A DNA stretch of 57,427 nt, filler included, from Bipalium vagum (taxonomy: Eukaryota), in the NCBI GenBank assembly GCA_037834085.1. It is 3 parts of 3 records of this genome, joined end to end, with 100 filler letters (N's around TTAATTAATTAA, not from the genome) between each part and the next. Parts side by side here need not be neighbours in the genome. Positions count along the whole stretch, not along the records: positions 22,438 to 39,286 come from JBBMKC010090305.1; 2 more parts are not named here. One strand, written 5' to 3'. The notes below the pieces were generated by a model. That model searched no databases. It was not told where the DNA came from and worked only from the letters and a program-made list of their open reading frames with translations. Position numbers and translations under genes: made by a program. Below, piece by piece: positions 26,201-39,386 of the stretch. Every line of letters starts with the position of its first letter. The first letter of the stretch is position 1.

Positions 26201-27663
26201 ACCCATGTTGGACACAATTTTCTCATACCAAATTCTTCATGCAAGATGTGGTGCATACGTTCTTTTGATATTCCTGTAACTTCAGAAATCTGAATCAATT
26301 TTAATGTACGGTTTGTCGGCACGAATTCTTGGGTATTTTTAACCATTTCCTTGGAGGTTGTAGTTTTTGGTCTACTAGATCGTGGTGCATCTTTAATGCT
26401 TACACCACCCCGATTAAATTCGGCAACCAACGTGTAAAGAGTTTTTAATGTGAGTGAATAATCATTTAATGTTGCATCAAGGTTGCTCTTGATTGCCATT
26501 GGACTTAATCCTTTAATATTCAAATATTTAATCACTGCCCCTATTTTTTCTTTCTGCATCTTTCTAAAAAACTGTTTAAATATGACACTTAAAATTCATA
26601 TATTACTTAAACAACAACGCTTTTGGATTTTGATTTCTGAATATTAGTGTAATATAATTTATTTCCAAAGATTTAAATATGGCACCGCCGTATTTATTAG
26701 TCACCGAAATTTTCAATGCATCCTGGTATATACAACTTTTATATAACTATTTTACATTTTGCAGAAATTAAGCAGGGAACTTAACTTTATATAATCCTTT
26801 TCGTTTTCTAAAAAATTAATTTAATTTCTACTTTAAAATAAGAGTTACCATTATCTGTTATTTTAAATGTTACTATTTAATGAAATTATTATTTTAATTT
26901 TTAATAATAGCTATTTATTAATATTATTATTTGTCATCTTAATTTGTTAATAATAATTTTATATTTCATTTAATTAAAAAATTAAATATAATAGATTTTT
27001 ATATTAAACTGAACCGACTTTCATGAAAATCTTAAGGAAATGGTAGAAAAATTAATTACTTAGATTGTATATATGCTTTGAATATATTTTAAAAATCAAT
27101 TATAATGAAGAAAAAAATGTTCAGATAACTCTAAAAATATCAAAACCCATATTATAGACACAAAAACCTTATTAGATTGAAAAAATTTGTAATAACAATT
27201 TGAATTACTTTTTTTGGTGAGTGGAATGAAAAACTTTGGGGTAATGTTGGTTGATTGAAAATTAAAAGTTATCCAATGCATAAATCAGTATTTTTTGGAT
27301 AATCAAATTATTTATAGGACATGCATTAAGTTTTTTATCTAGAAATTGATTTTATTGATTTTATTCAGTTGTCAAAAAATTAATAATCTAATTAATATTT
27401 TAATTTAAGAAGTTTATGAAAAATAACAACTTCTTATATAAATTCAATATCGAATATTTCTAATTTTAATTTAATATGATTTTAGTTTGTCTATTCTCAT
27501 TTTGAAAATTCGTGATCCATTTGTTATTTTGGAAAATCTATTTTGTGGAATATTATTCGATAATATTAAAGAAACTTTTCGTAATTTTGGAAAATTAAAA
27601 TCAAAATTTTCAGCAGAATCTCAGGTTCACATTGAATTAGCAAATGGCCAGAAAAAGTTTTGA
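23248..27663 (+). CDS. TMEM38: Trimeric intracellular cation channel (TRIC/TMEM38), 276 aa; exons 23248-23353, 23393-23549, 23593-23777, 24703-24790, 25730-25846, 27486-27663
   Basis: All introns are GT..AG and phase-consistent (831 nt CDS). The translation has TRIC hallmarks: LKMFPVIDSCHY, NPLACW...CFAG, LLATCCWY...FSPFD, KEIHRTFKIYVGV, IGMLRGSG, PKAALAVSILFTLQ, DPFVILENLFCGI. The exon 1 donor could instead be 3 nt earlier. Confidence 0.93.
24900..25480 (-). mobile_element. Tc1/mariner-superfamily relic in TRIC intron 4
   Basis: Minus strand ENVSFVLTPCNFLKPRPIEDF resembles the final catalytic motif region. Heavily decayed. Confidence 0.45.
25885..26730 (-). mobile_element. 3'-truncated irritans-subfamily (Himar1-like) mariner in TRIC intron 5
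   Basis: ORF 25885-26559 includes DAPRSSRPK, ISKERMHHILHEEFGMRKLCPTWVP and RYIPVDEIWLHHYTPETK, then frameshifts. TIR-like end rc TATACCAGGATGCATTGAAAA at about 26730. Confidence 0.88.
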
Positions 27664-27894
27664 ATCGGATATATGTTGTAAAAACTTGAAGTGAAATACA
27701 TTCTTTTATTTGGTTTTTATAATTTTTAAAACATATAATTTTCTAATGTTTGGTTCGGTCAATGTAATTTTCGAATATTATAATAATTTTCATGAGTTTA
27801 AGTATTTGTTTAAATGAATCACTTATATAAAATATCACTAATAAGGCGTTACTAGTTGAAAACAATTTTAAATATATTTAATAAGTTATCATAA

Positions 27895-30800
27895 ATGAAT
27901 AAAAATAATATAAATGTAGCAATTAGAATAAGACCATTGAGTGAAAAGTAAGATTTAAGTATCGAATTTGCCCACATCTTTTACATTGCAGAGAAATTTC
28001 AAATAATGTTGAAAACATAATAACCATTAGTGGAAATCAAATAACGGTTCGAAACAATAAAGTAACAAGTTTGACCTTTTGCATATTTTATTTTGTTTTC
28101 AGATTGACAAGAAAAAAAAATTTGGAGATGTGAGAGATGCATTTAAAAACTTTACTTTTGATAAGATCTTTGATTCATCAAAGGGTCATGCATCTCAAGA
28201 AGATGTAAGATATATTAAAGATTTGAATATATATATTTGTTTGTCATATCTTTTACTTTGAACTAGTGAATTTGGAATATTATATTTTTGATGGTTATTA
28301 AAAAACAAATTTGAGATATTTTTTCTGATTGACTTAGGGATATAAAGTAATATTGTTTAGTTTGAGAGGAATTATATTTCTTATTTTTTGTTTTATTTAT
28401 CACCTTTACCGAGCATATTCTGAGATAATATTTTAATATTTATACTCACATTAAGGAATTGTTTTATTTTTATAAAACCAATTTGAATAATCATGAGATT
28501 CTGTTTACTTCATTTTTCTTAATCGTTTCTTTTTCTTTGTGTTGAATGAGATCGAATTTGACTATTGGATTTTAAATTTTTAAAAATGGATTCTTAATTT
28601 ACTTATTAAAAACCAGAAAATAATAAGTGAAAATTTTCTAGAAATTAAGAATTAAAATATTTTTTCTTTCCTTCCAAATTCTTAAAATGTAATTATGTAA
28701 TATATATATATATATATATATTACATTTATTCATAAGATTATAAAAATATATTTAAAAATACTAATCTTTTTCACAGACATTTTTAAATATTGTGAAAGA
28801 CAATTTAATAAAAGTATTTTTAAGGATGAAGTTTGGATAAAATATAAAATATTAAAAATACCTTAATTTATTTACTCGAAGATGTTGTGGGAATTTTTTG
28901 TTGCACCCGTTCTCAAGAACGCTACAAACGTAATAATTAAGTGGGTTAAGGACTGGAGAGCTAGATGTTTAAACATAAAAATCTTGGGTGTTGTGAGCTG
29001 GATCTTAAAAACCACCTGCCTCCAGCTACATTAATGATCCACTGCGTTACTATTTGCTTTATGCTTCTAAGATAAACCACCGTATTTACATTCTGGTCTT
29101 TCTCAAAGGAAAAAGGAGGCATCACGTGACCTTCACTGGAAATTAACATTAATACGTGCAGGGAGGAAGACCGTTTTGTTAGACTAATCACAAGAAGATC
29201 CTCGATATCTTTGAAAATCTATCTGTAATGTTATCGGTTAACCTTAGTATAGACACAATATTTTTTCGTCTGAAACGAAGCGAACTTTCAATGCCGCTCT
29301 TCCCTTGAGAGAAGAGTGAAAAAACAAGCATTCTCCAAGCCTCTTGACTTTCATTTTTTCAGACAACATCTGGCACACTTTCAGTCGGTATCTGTTGCAA
29401 CTTAGATCCTGTGAAATCGCTCTTCGGATCATTGTTGTACTCATATTTAATTGAAACCAAAGTTCTCACTGATTGAGATTGATCCTGTTGTACAAGGTCC
29501 ACCAGCTTTCTGAACACAGTCTGAACACAGCTTTCTCAACTTAGATCGATCACGAATCTTTCTAAGTCAGTTGCCAGAATCATTTGATTGAAATATCGAT
29601 GGGCAATGTCATACAATGTCGATTTTGACAAGATCAAAAACTTAACAATTTCCATCCGCGTACGTCCGTTACGAAGAGGAACGGACAGACAATTTACGAA
29701 AGTCTTGTATTCAAACCCATTATTCATATCTAAAAATTGATTTATAATTTAAAATATAATCAATATATATATAATATTAACCACTTATAAACTCATGAAT
29801 TTGTTTTGATATAAATATCCCATTTCATGAGTTTATCAAATCAATAATTAATAACAAATAAAGTTAAAATTTCTAAACATTTTTAAAGGTAAATGATTAT
29901 ATATCATAATATATAAAAATAATTTATATTTAAAGATGTTAATAACAAGACATATTTTTCATTGAAGAAACATATTTGAATTATTTAATAAGCAAAAATA
30001 TATTAAAAGGACATCGATCCTATCCATGATGCAAATTTCCAACGAGAATAAAAGTAAATGTAGAAAGATTTAGATTCCTAACAAAAGGTAGAAAAGCTAT
30101 AACTGTAAGAAAGGATTATTTTTTCTATTCAAATCAAACCATGAAATCGAACAAAATGTAATATTAATGAACATCTCATGGAATTTATATGGCAAAGGAA
30201 TCATAAAACATTTTCTGAGAATCATTTCTATTAAATCTGATCTTAATGTAAATATATTTTGTGGTTTTGTGTTTTATTCAATTATTTAATAATTCTTCAA
30301 TATCAGTTAGTGGTCATACACAAAATAAAATTAGTAAATTTATACTAATTTATTAATACAGTGCTTCAACTAATTATTGCAGCACTAAGAAAATGCATAT
30401 TTTTTTGTATGTAGAAGCTATCAAAGTTATTAATATTTAAGTAATATATTAGGTAATATAAAAATATATCCATCCTATATATATTTACAAAAAAAATATA
30501 ATGAAAAAAATTTTTTAAAAAAGTAAAAATTAACTAAAAAGCACCAGTAATTTATTGCCGCATATTTACAAAAGACGTATATCAAAACAAAAAAATACAT
30601 TTTGAATTATTTCTCGATTGTTAATATTTAATTGAACTTCATACGTTCTATTTGGCATAGAATTTACCATTGCTCATAGGACACTGTTATCGATTTCTTC
30701 CCAAGAGCGAAACCTCTCGTTCCAGCTCTGAAATTGATTCATATTGTTTCCCATTAGCATATACCCGACATGTTGGTATCCCCCAAAGATTTTCTATGGT

Positions 30801-33800
30801 ATTCAGGTCTTGTGAATAGGGCGGCCAAGACATAACATCGATATTTCTCTCTTGTAGCCATTGGGAAGTGGAACGTTCAACATGACATCGACAATTATCC
30901 TGTTGAAAAATTGATTTGTCTCCACCAAAATCATTCATAAAGGGAAGTAAATGTTATCCTAAAACATTTGATAATCAAATTGATTTAGCCTGTCGGTAAT
31001 AGTCGCGAGAGTCGACTTCCACTGGTAATTGAAACAATCCCAAATCAACAAGGAATAGTGTGTCTATTCGAAAAAGATATCTCCTCCTTCGGCAAATCGT
31101 GCCAATAATATCTATAACCGTTAGGTCCATCCAAATTAAACTTCTTCTCGTCACTACAGATGACCTTTTCTCATTCATTGACCCACGACATTTTCTCTTT
31201 AGCCCAGCAGACACGATTGATTTTATTTTGTGGTTTCAAAGGGGGTTTTACCAACATCTTCTTATGCCTGATCGTCCCAGATTTATTTAAAATCTTTCTA
31301 ATATTCTTGACGGGCCAATTTATGTTGAATAGCGTTTTTATTTTCGCACAGGATATACTTTGGTTTCTGGCATTCCTAATAATGGAACACTTCGCTGCTG
31401 CGGAAATCTTCGATTTAGGACCTCGTGTCTTCTTTTCTTTATTTTTATTCTTCATAAAGTATCTTATACTACTTTCATTCTTCCCTAACTTAGTGCCGAT
31501 CTGGCGTCGTGGTAGGCATAGATCATTCCCTTATTGGTGTCGGTTAATCTTGCAATTTTACTCATCTTACTATAGAAATTTTTTTATAAAATCTAAAATA
31601 AATAAAAAATTATTCGACAGACAGAAGTACTTAAATTTAATATTTAATCTTCAAACGTTTAATTTATATATATATAGATTTAAATAATTTCACTTTTAAA
31701 TTAGTGCGGCAATAATTAGTTGGAATTAGTTATCTGATATATTATAACAAATCAGTTTTATGCTAAGTAAATGGTTGATTAGTTAGCCAAAAGTTATTTT
31801 AAAATCTTACAAATATTTCATGCATAATACAATAATCAAAGAAATTGATTTCAATTTAAATTAGTTAAGATTTATTATATTTTCATAATTATTAATTATA
31901 TATAATTATTAAATATATAATAATTTAAATATAATTAAATTATATTATACTTATATATTAATTAAATGTCTATATTTAGATTTTCAATGATCTTGCAATA
32001 AAATTAATTGACAGCGCTATGAGTGGTTATAATAACTGTATTTTTGCATATGGGATGACCGGCACTGGGAAAACATATTCTATAATTGGATCAAAGGTTA
32101 AATCAAATATATTTTTTAATTGCACAATATATATGTAAGTATGAAAATATTTGAAATAGTATCAATAATATGTAATAAATTTATTAAATATACTAACATT
32201 AGTGAAAAATGGAACCTAGATAAAGTTTTTGAAAATTTTTAAAAAAATTATCATGAAATATCTGAATATTACAGAAAAAAATTATCAAATTAAAAAACTT
32301 CATTTATTGAAATAACTATTTTAGTTTGTATATAACATATAGATACAAAAGATGAATTTTATAAAAGAATATGGAATTAATTATTTTTTATCATTTTTGG
32401 TGTGAATGAAATGATTTAAACTTAACATTTTGTTACAAGACAACAATGAAAAGATCAGTTTATTATTAGTTTTTTTTGAGTTCGATTCTGACTTGATGAT
32501 ATTTAGATATCATCGGATCAAACCTTAATATATTCCTCAGCTTTGTTCTAAAAGGTCACTAAAATGAGTAAAGTAATGCAATTAACTACTCAAAATATTC
32601 ATCCAGAGAACCTTTAAAGATGTCTTTTGATAATTGATAACGCATATTGTCGTACAAATTAAAAGTAGTATTAGTAAATTGATTGGATATTCGAACTTAC
32701 AGGATTTCTCTTAAGATTATTATCTACCATTTATTAAAACCTGATCCCGTGAAAACTATTTTTTGTAAGATTTTTATAACACTCAGAAATTAACATTTCA
32801 TGTCGTTTAACAAGATGCGCGTTGCTTCTTGTTAAGCAAAAAAGACATTTTATGGCAGATCGTCAGAGGAGATGAAAAATGAATTGCCTACGATAATCCA
32901 AAGTTCATTCATTCGTGGGTAGACACTGGTATGCCAGCAACTTCAACCACAAAATTGAGAATTTCTGGATAATTTCCTTGATTCGAAACCCATATTATTG
33001 TATCGTACCGGAATTCGTCAATTTAAAATTTGATGGACAACAACGAATTTTATTATGCCGATTGATTTTTTTTGATAGAATAATACTTATGCATACATCT
33101 AATAAAAATTAGAAAAATACCGCTACTATATGATAGATAGATATAATACAAAGACTTCTAACGTTAAATTGATGTTTTTTGTTATAAGACAATTAAGATT
33201 TTTAATAAAGAAAATTTAATGCCTTTTACTAGTAATGAAACCTTAGTTAATTTTGTCTAATAATTCAGAGCGAACCTGGTTTGATTCCAAGAATATGTCA
33301 AGTAAGACATTTAAATGATATTGCATAAAATATTCTTAGTGATTTATAGTTTAAAATAAAAACAATGCTATTTTAAAAAGTAACAAAGATAATTTTTTTT
33401 CAATTTAAAAATTTTTCAGAAATTAAGTTTTGAAAAACAAAATTTATTGATCAGAAAATTTTCAAACGATGTTCTTTTTGATTCAGTAACTTCTATAATT
33501 TTCAAAATTGAATCTGCGTAACATTCATAGGTTTTATTTATAAAATACCTGCAAGAGTTAAAAATTCAAAAAATTTTCAGAATGTTTGAAGGATTATAAT
33601 TAAATTGGCAAATAAAGTTGATGTGAAGGCACATTTTAGACCCTATCGCAGTCCCTGCATTGTTATCAAACTTGTACTAGGTCATATCTTATCATGAAAA
33701 ATGTATTGATTCATTTTTGTCTCATAGTCTTGAGATTCCAAATTGTTGGTAAGACTTGAATTAAAGTTTTTTATTCAGTAATAACTTTATTGAGAGTTGA

Positions 33801-36800
33801 GTTTTTTCTGTGTTTGATATTTCGAAAAAGATTATTTTAGCTAAAAGTACACCAATCTTTCCATGCTCTAAATATTTTCCAATTTTCAGAACTGTTCTAC
33901 ATAATGTTTTACTAAGTATATTAATTGTATTTTCTTTTTGTGATGAAGGACTAAAAATGAAAAACGGGCTGAAACTATTTGACTGCAATGAATCTATTTG
34001 TTGATACATTTAATAATGAAAACCTTGAAACTTTATATTTTACTTAACAAGTCAGTTGTGATGGTGATCAGTTGCTAAATATTATTTATTCGATATTTAT
34101 AAATATTTTTTGAGATATAAATTTTAAAGTAATACTCTCAGTTGGATTCTTTATTATCGATCCTTCTTACATTATACTCAATTTTTCCATCTTAATTCGA
34201 TCAACCAAAATTATAAAGATCCTACTGTCGAAATTAATCTAATCTCAATTAGCTTAAGTTATAATTTTTTCATTTTTAAAATGAGAAAATTAGTTAAACT
34301 GTATTTGGAATTGAATTTTTAAAAATAAACATATTCTTTATTCTTATAGCTATGAATTAATTTTATAAATTATAATTAGAAAATGGTGAAGGATATTGAG
34401 GTTATTCAAAAGGAAGAAACTAAATGTTCAGAGATTACAATAAGGTTATTTAATTTAATTTGATAATATCAATACAAATAAAATACTTAAACAGAATTGT
34501 AAATCATGATCTTAATTAAAAAACTTAATTAATTCAATCATATAATAATCATAGATATTTAATCATATAAACAAATCTTTCTGGTTTAAGAAGACAATTC
34601 GATAAAATAATGTATTTTGTTATTTTTTAATATTTTAAACTTATTGAGAATAGAATTGAATTTTAAAATGGTTATATTTTATTATTAATATGTTGAATAG
34701 TAATTATAAATTCTAATTCTTATTTAATCTTTTCAAACTAGAAAATGGTATTTATATTTGAAATGCTACATATCGCACTTTTGATTGACTGTTAACTTTG
34801 TTTTAAAATATGATATTAAACATTCTATACTCTGATATTATTTTCTATTTATATTGAAAAAATAAACCAATAAAAGTTTATTCAACAATTTTGTTTTTAA
34901 TTTTGATATTGGCAAAATATATTTCATATCATTTTAAATTATTATTTTTTCTTAAATAACTATACATATATATAGTCTGAATTAAGAATAAAATAGAATG
35001 AAAAATATTGTGTTGATATTATATTTCTTAATTTTAATCTTTACTCGATAGTTTTGTCTAAGGAAAGGTATAGAGAATAATAAGAAAGTAATGTTTTTCT
35101 TAATTTAATTACCCTAATAATAGTATTAAACTAAGTTATAGAAAGGTTAATAGTATCGGAAGTCAAAAAATTCTTAAAATAATTAGAGAATTTCAATTTT
35201 TAAAATGTAACAGTTTTTATGTAATCACCTATGATTTTTTCATTGTATTTTATTAATAATATTTGACATAGAGATATAAAAAATGTTTTCAATCTTTGGC
35301 GAGTCATTAAAGATGTATGTGGTCGGTATTGTAGTGATGGTACTCAGCGTTCTTTATTTAAGTAATCCAGACGGGAGTTTTTCATCGCTTGATTTCATCT
35401 TTCTAGTTGCTGACAACAGAATATAAAATCAATTGTTTAACCAGGTTCCAGAAGCGTATAATGCATGAAGATAATCCTTGATTGGTAATCGTTTGTGGAG
35501 TTACATCTGTTTTGGATAACCTACTTTTTCTCACATGACTCATTCTTCATCTTTGGTGATTACATTTTAAGAAATGGTTCAAGTTAATTTCTTTTCAATA
35601 AAGATTTACAAATACAAATTTTACTGATTAAATTCTTTTCAGATAAGTTATGAGGCATCCACATCTCAATATTTTTCTAGTAAACTGTTCCAGATATTTT
35701 AGAACAGTTTTTTAACAAATGCCCATATGCTTATCTGAGGATCTTATTTGATTATTTTCATTTATATGTAATTGGTCGGCCAGAATGAGTTGCACTTTCA
35801 ATCAAAAATTTCAATGGGAAAATCGTGTGAACTACTACAACATTATTTCTGATATGGTATCAGAACCATAATCGACATATATTCTTTGACAGCATGACTG
35901 ACATTTTTCCCATTCAGTTTCAAAACTCATCGGATTTCATTTTCCTTTTAAACAAATGATATAACTTTAATTTTTATAAAATAATAGATTTATTAAAATT
36001 GAATTTCAAAAAAATATTCAATTAAAAACAAACTATGTAGAAAACGCAGGAAACATTCTATATCATCTAATATTTTATTTTTTATAAATTTTTTTCTTGA
36101 AAATTTCATTGTCAATTTTTTATAAATCTATTAAGGTTTTAAGCAAATTCTAAAAATTCTAAAATTTAGGAATAATTTTGAAAAAATTGAAACACCAACG
36201 AGTTAAAATAGCTTCAGAAAATGAGAACAATAGAGCCTTATTTTTATATTTTGTTCAATGTTTATTTTTTAAATGAAAAGAAATGAAAACATTCTAATTT
36301 AGTGCTGTTGAGATATACAATGAGAATCTGAAGGATATTTTTCTCAAGGAAAATGGTAATAAGAAAAAGTTAAAAGTTATCGATTCAGACAAGGAAGGGG
36401 TAGTAGTACAAAGTAATTTTTATGTTTGCAATATTTTTCTTTAAAAGTATATTTTTAATATTTGACAAAAAGTCTTTGAACATAATGTACCATTTTTAGA
36501 GATTTGATAAAAGATTCTTGTGAATTACCATCATTTTTTGCACTAAAAATTAAAAATATTTTTAAAACCTATTTCGTTAATATAAATTAAATTACACTCT
36601 TTAATCCTATTTATTTTACACTATATATTTATTTTGGTTTTCCACTATGTAAATCTTGTTTTCCAAAATGCTATTGAAGATAAAATTATTTTATCTTTTC
36701 ATAAATTTTCATGAGCAGGTAAATTAATAAAATAATAAATTTTATTATTTGAATGTAATTCTTTTCATATTTTATATTAAATCAGCAAAATATTGAATTA

Positions 36801-38730
36801 CTTTTTGGAAGATCCTATTAAAAATTATTGATTTAGAAAATATAAAGAAAATCTTCACATTTTCACCTTTAACTACTTTTTGTTGTCAAAATTCTGATAG
36901 CAGAATTATGAATTCAACTGATTGATTATATAGATTCATATCACCATTGTTATCAACAACAATAGACATTTTATTTTTTAACTGGTTACATAGAACCAAC
37001 TATTTAGATATATTATGTTATATAATACTAATATTAAAATGTTGTAGTTTGATTATTTAAATGATTATTTGATCACTTTTTTATTTATTGATTCTATTCA
37101 ATATTAATTTGAAAAATAGCTTATTATTCTTATTAATTTTTGATCGATATTAATTATATTAGAGCTTAAAATAAAATAAAAATTGATAATTGATGGAATA
37201 TTTTACATTTTACTTATCTTCGTTATCCTCTAACTAATTAGTTGTCTATCAATTTCTTTTCCTATATTCATTTCAATAATTTTGATATTTATTATTTATA
37301 TTTACTTTCATGTACTGCTGTATAATTTTATCTGGAAGAATCTTATTTCCTTCTTTTTCCTAGATTCCCATAAATTACGTTAATGTGAGGGCTGGTACTA
37401 AGTCATTGAAAGACATGCATGATATTCTTGATTTTTAGTTCTTGAAACATTCAAAACGTTACAAAATTTTTTGAAAAATATTTGATAGCACATTTAATTT
37501 AATATCTCGGGTTGCATTCTTTAGTGGTGAATCGCTTTTTTATGTAGAAAACACCACAAATCATTCAGTTAACTTCTAATTCGTTGTCATGCATAAAACT
37601 TTTTCAACAAATCACTCTTCAACACTTCGCGTCATACTTTGTGTTGTAAATATGTAACGAGATAACACATAATATCCCATACATGTAGAGGATAGCCAAT
37701 TATCACAATCTTTCAATCAACTTTCGTTTTTCTCAGGCTCATAAGTTAGTAATCTTGTTATAAGACTCATTGAACAGCCTTGCTTAAATATTCCCAGGGT
37801 TTTAAACGTTTAATTGTATACATGCAATCAAGATATTGCACTTAGGTAATGTTAAATATTCAATCAAAATGATCAAAAAAGTAGTATTTTTGAGATGAGA
37901 AATTTTTTTCAGTCAAAAATTTTTAGAAAAAAGCTTTAATTTTCTTGAAAATATTATAATTTTTTGAATATTCAAAATGATCTTTAATTGTATTGATTGA
38001 CCGCTGAAGAAAATAAATTAATATTATTTGAGGTTATGTAGAATAATCAGATCCATTCTTTAAAAATATTTGTTTAAGGACTTAAGGTCTTATCAGATAC
38101 TTTTGTACATATATTGTTGACGTTTGATAGTAGCATAAAATCAGCCAAACTGGTCATCAATAATAAATAGTATTTTTCTTTCTAAAATAAAAGTACGATA
38201 TGCATATTTAAAATATTTTCATTGATTTAATATAATTTTTTTTGAGTAACTTTATCCATTTTTTCTCTATTCCGAATGAAGACCATAGAAAAATCAAAAT
38301 TTTCTATCTATCTGAATGATTCTCGAGTTATTATTTTTAATTTTAAATTCTTCTGTTCGGTATTTTAAAGATATTGTAATTTAAGCCTTATAATGTTATG
38401 AAAATATCAGTAACAATATTTTATTACTTATAACGTTTATAACATATTAAAATGGTTTGGATCACACCATGAGATAAAAGTGTAAGTCAACAGTAGAAAA
38501 TTATCACCAGACCGTGTTTACTTAGTTGTCAATATTGTCACTTGTTTCAATCAATACCATGTTTTAATAGCTGAACGTAAAATTTACTTTTGTTATTATT
38601 TCAACTTACATTTTTCATTTCTGTGATTCTAAAATACATTTTTAATTATATTTTTTCTAGATTTATCAACTCATAAAATTACCAATATTAATGAAATAAA
38701 TGTTCATGTCAATCGATTCGTGTCTAACAG
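27895..38730 (+). CDS. Kinesin-3 motor (KIF16/STARD9-like), 3'-partial; exons 27895-27947, 27992-28061, 28103-28204, 31980-32096, 33269-33301, 34380-34444, 36303-36412, 38661-38730
   Basis: Phase-consistent GT..AG splicing gives [19 protein letters not shown]...[17 protein letters not shown]...SQEDIFNDL...[26 protein letters not shown]...PGLIPRICQ...[12 protein letters not shown]...VQNLS...NR. The switch I exon (SSRSH) is not seen before the spacer. Kinesin identity is strong; the subfamily is less certain. Confidence 0.9.
28870..29730 (-). mobile_element. Degenerate maT/DD37D-like Tc1/mariner element in kinesin intron 3
   Basis: RFVSDEK and [36 protein letters not shown]...WIINVAGGR across several frames. 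Confidence 0.75.
30359..31728 (-). mobile_element. Near full-length degenerate Tc1/Tc3-like element in kinesin intron 3
   Basis: [10 protein letters not shown] and [18 protein letters not shown]. Inverted termini CAACTAATTATTGCAGCACTAA (about 30368) and TTAGTGCGGCAATAATTAGTTG (31701). Confidence 0.88.
33620..34020 (-). mobile_element. Possible hAT transposase relic in kinesin intron 5
   Basis: [15 protein letters not shown] and [16 protein letters not shown] resemble the hAT SPxIQNE and DETTDxSxxEQLSI motifs. Confidence 0.4.
35260..36072 (-). mobile_element. Degenerate mariner in kinesin intron 6
   Basis: Minus strand fragments [25 protein letters not shown] and PFLKM*SPKMKNE. Confidence 0.7.
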
Positions 38731-39286
38731 GTATGGCCATGGTGCTTGCTCAATTTGAAACAATACAACGCGCTTTATATTTTGCTCTTCACTTTTTTGC
38801 ATTTTATAATCAAATTAGAATTATTTTTGAAATATACATTTTTATTTGTTGAATTTAAATATATTTTTATTCATTATAAAATTTGAGAAATTGCACAATA
38901 AGTTTTTAAAATATTTTATACTGAAGACATTTTTTAAATAAATAAAATAATTTTTTCTGACGTAATATTGATATTTTAATATTAAAAAATTTACGATCTT
39001 GTAATTTAAAATATTGTTTTAATTTCTGTAGAAATAGATATAAATATCTGTGACGGAGATATTTGGAAACTTTAAAATTTAAATAGTATTTTATTATAAT
39101 TAATTTGTTCAATATTTAGGGTATCAAATTTAACCTGACTCCAAAATCTTAGATTGTGCAAATCAAGACAATCAGTAAAGCAACACTTGTATTTATACCA
39201 CACCAAAACACAATACACTGAAATTCAAAAGGATAATGCACAAGTCTTGGGATCACAATAAAATGTCTGAAATGTTCCACAACCCT

Positions 39287-39386
39287 NNNNNNNNNNNNNN
39301 NNNNNNNNNNNNNNNNNNNNNNNNNNNNNNTTAATTAATTAANNNNNNNNNNNNNNNNNNNNNNNNNNNNNNNNNNNNNNNNNNNN
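39287..39386. other. Artificial spacer (N44-TTAATTAATTAA-N44)
   Basis: Identical to 22338-22437. Confidence 0.95.

Noticed and set aside
31160-31687. 175-aa hydrophobic plus-strand ORF
   Set aside because: Antisense to a Tc1 transposase relic; the hydrophobicity reflects T-richness.
39117-39140. Candidate ninth kinesin exon after TTTAG
   Set aside because: An in-frame TGA follows within 6 codons and there is no switch I motif.
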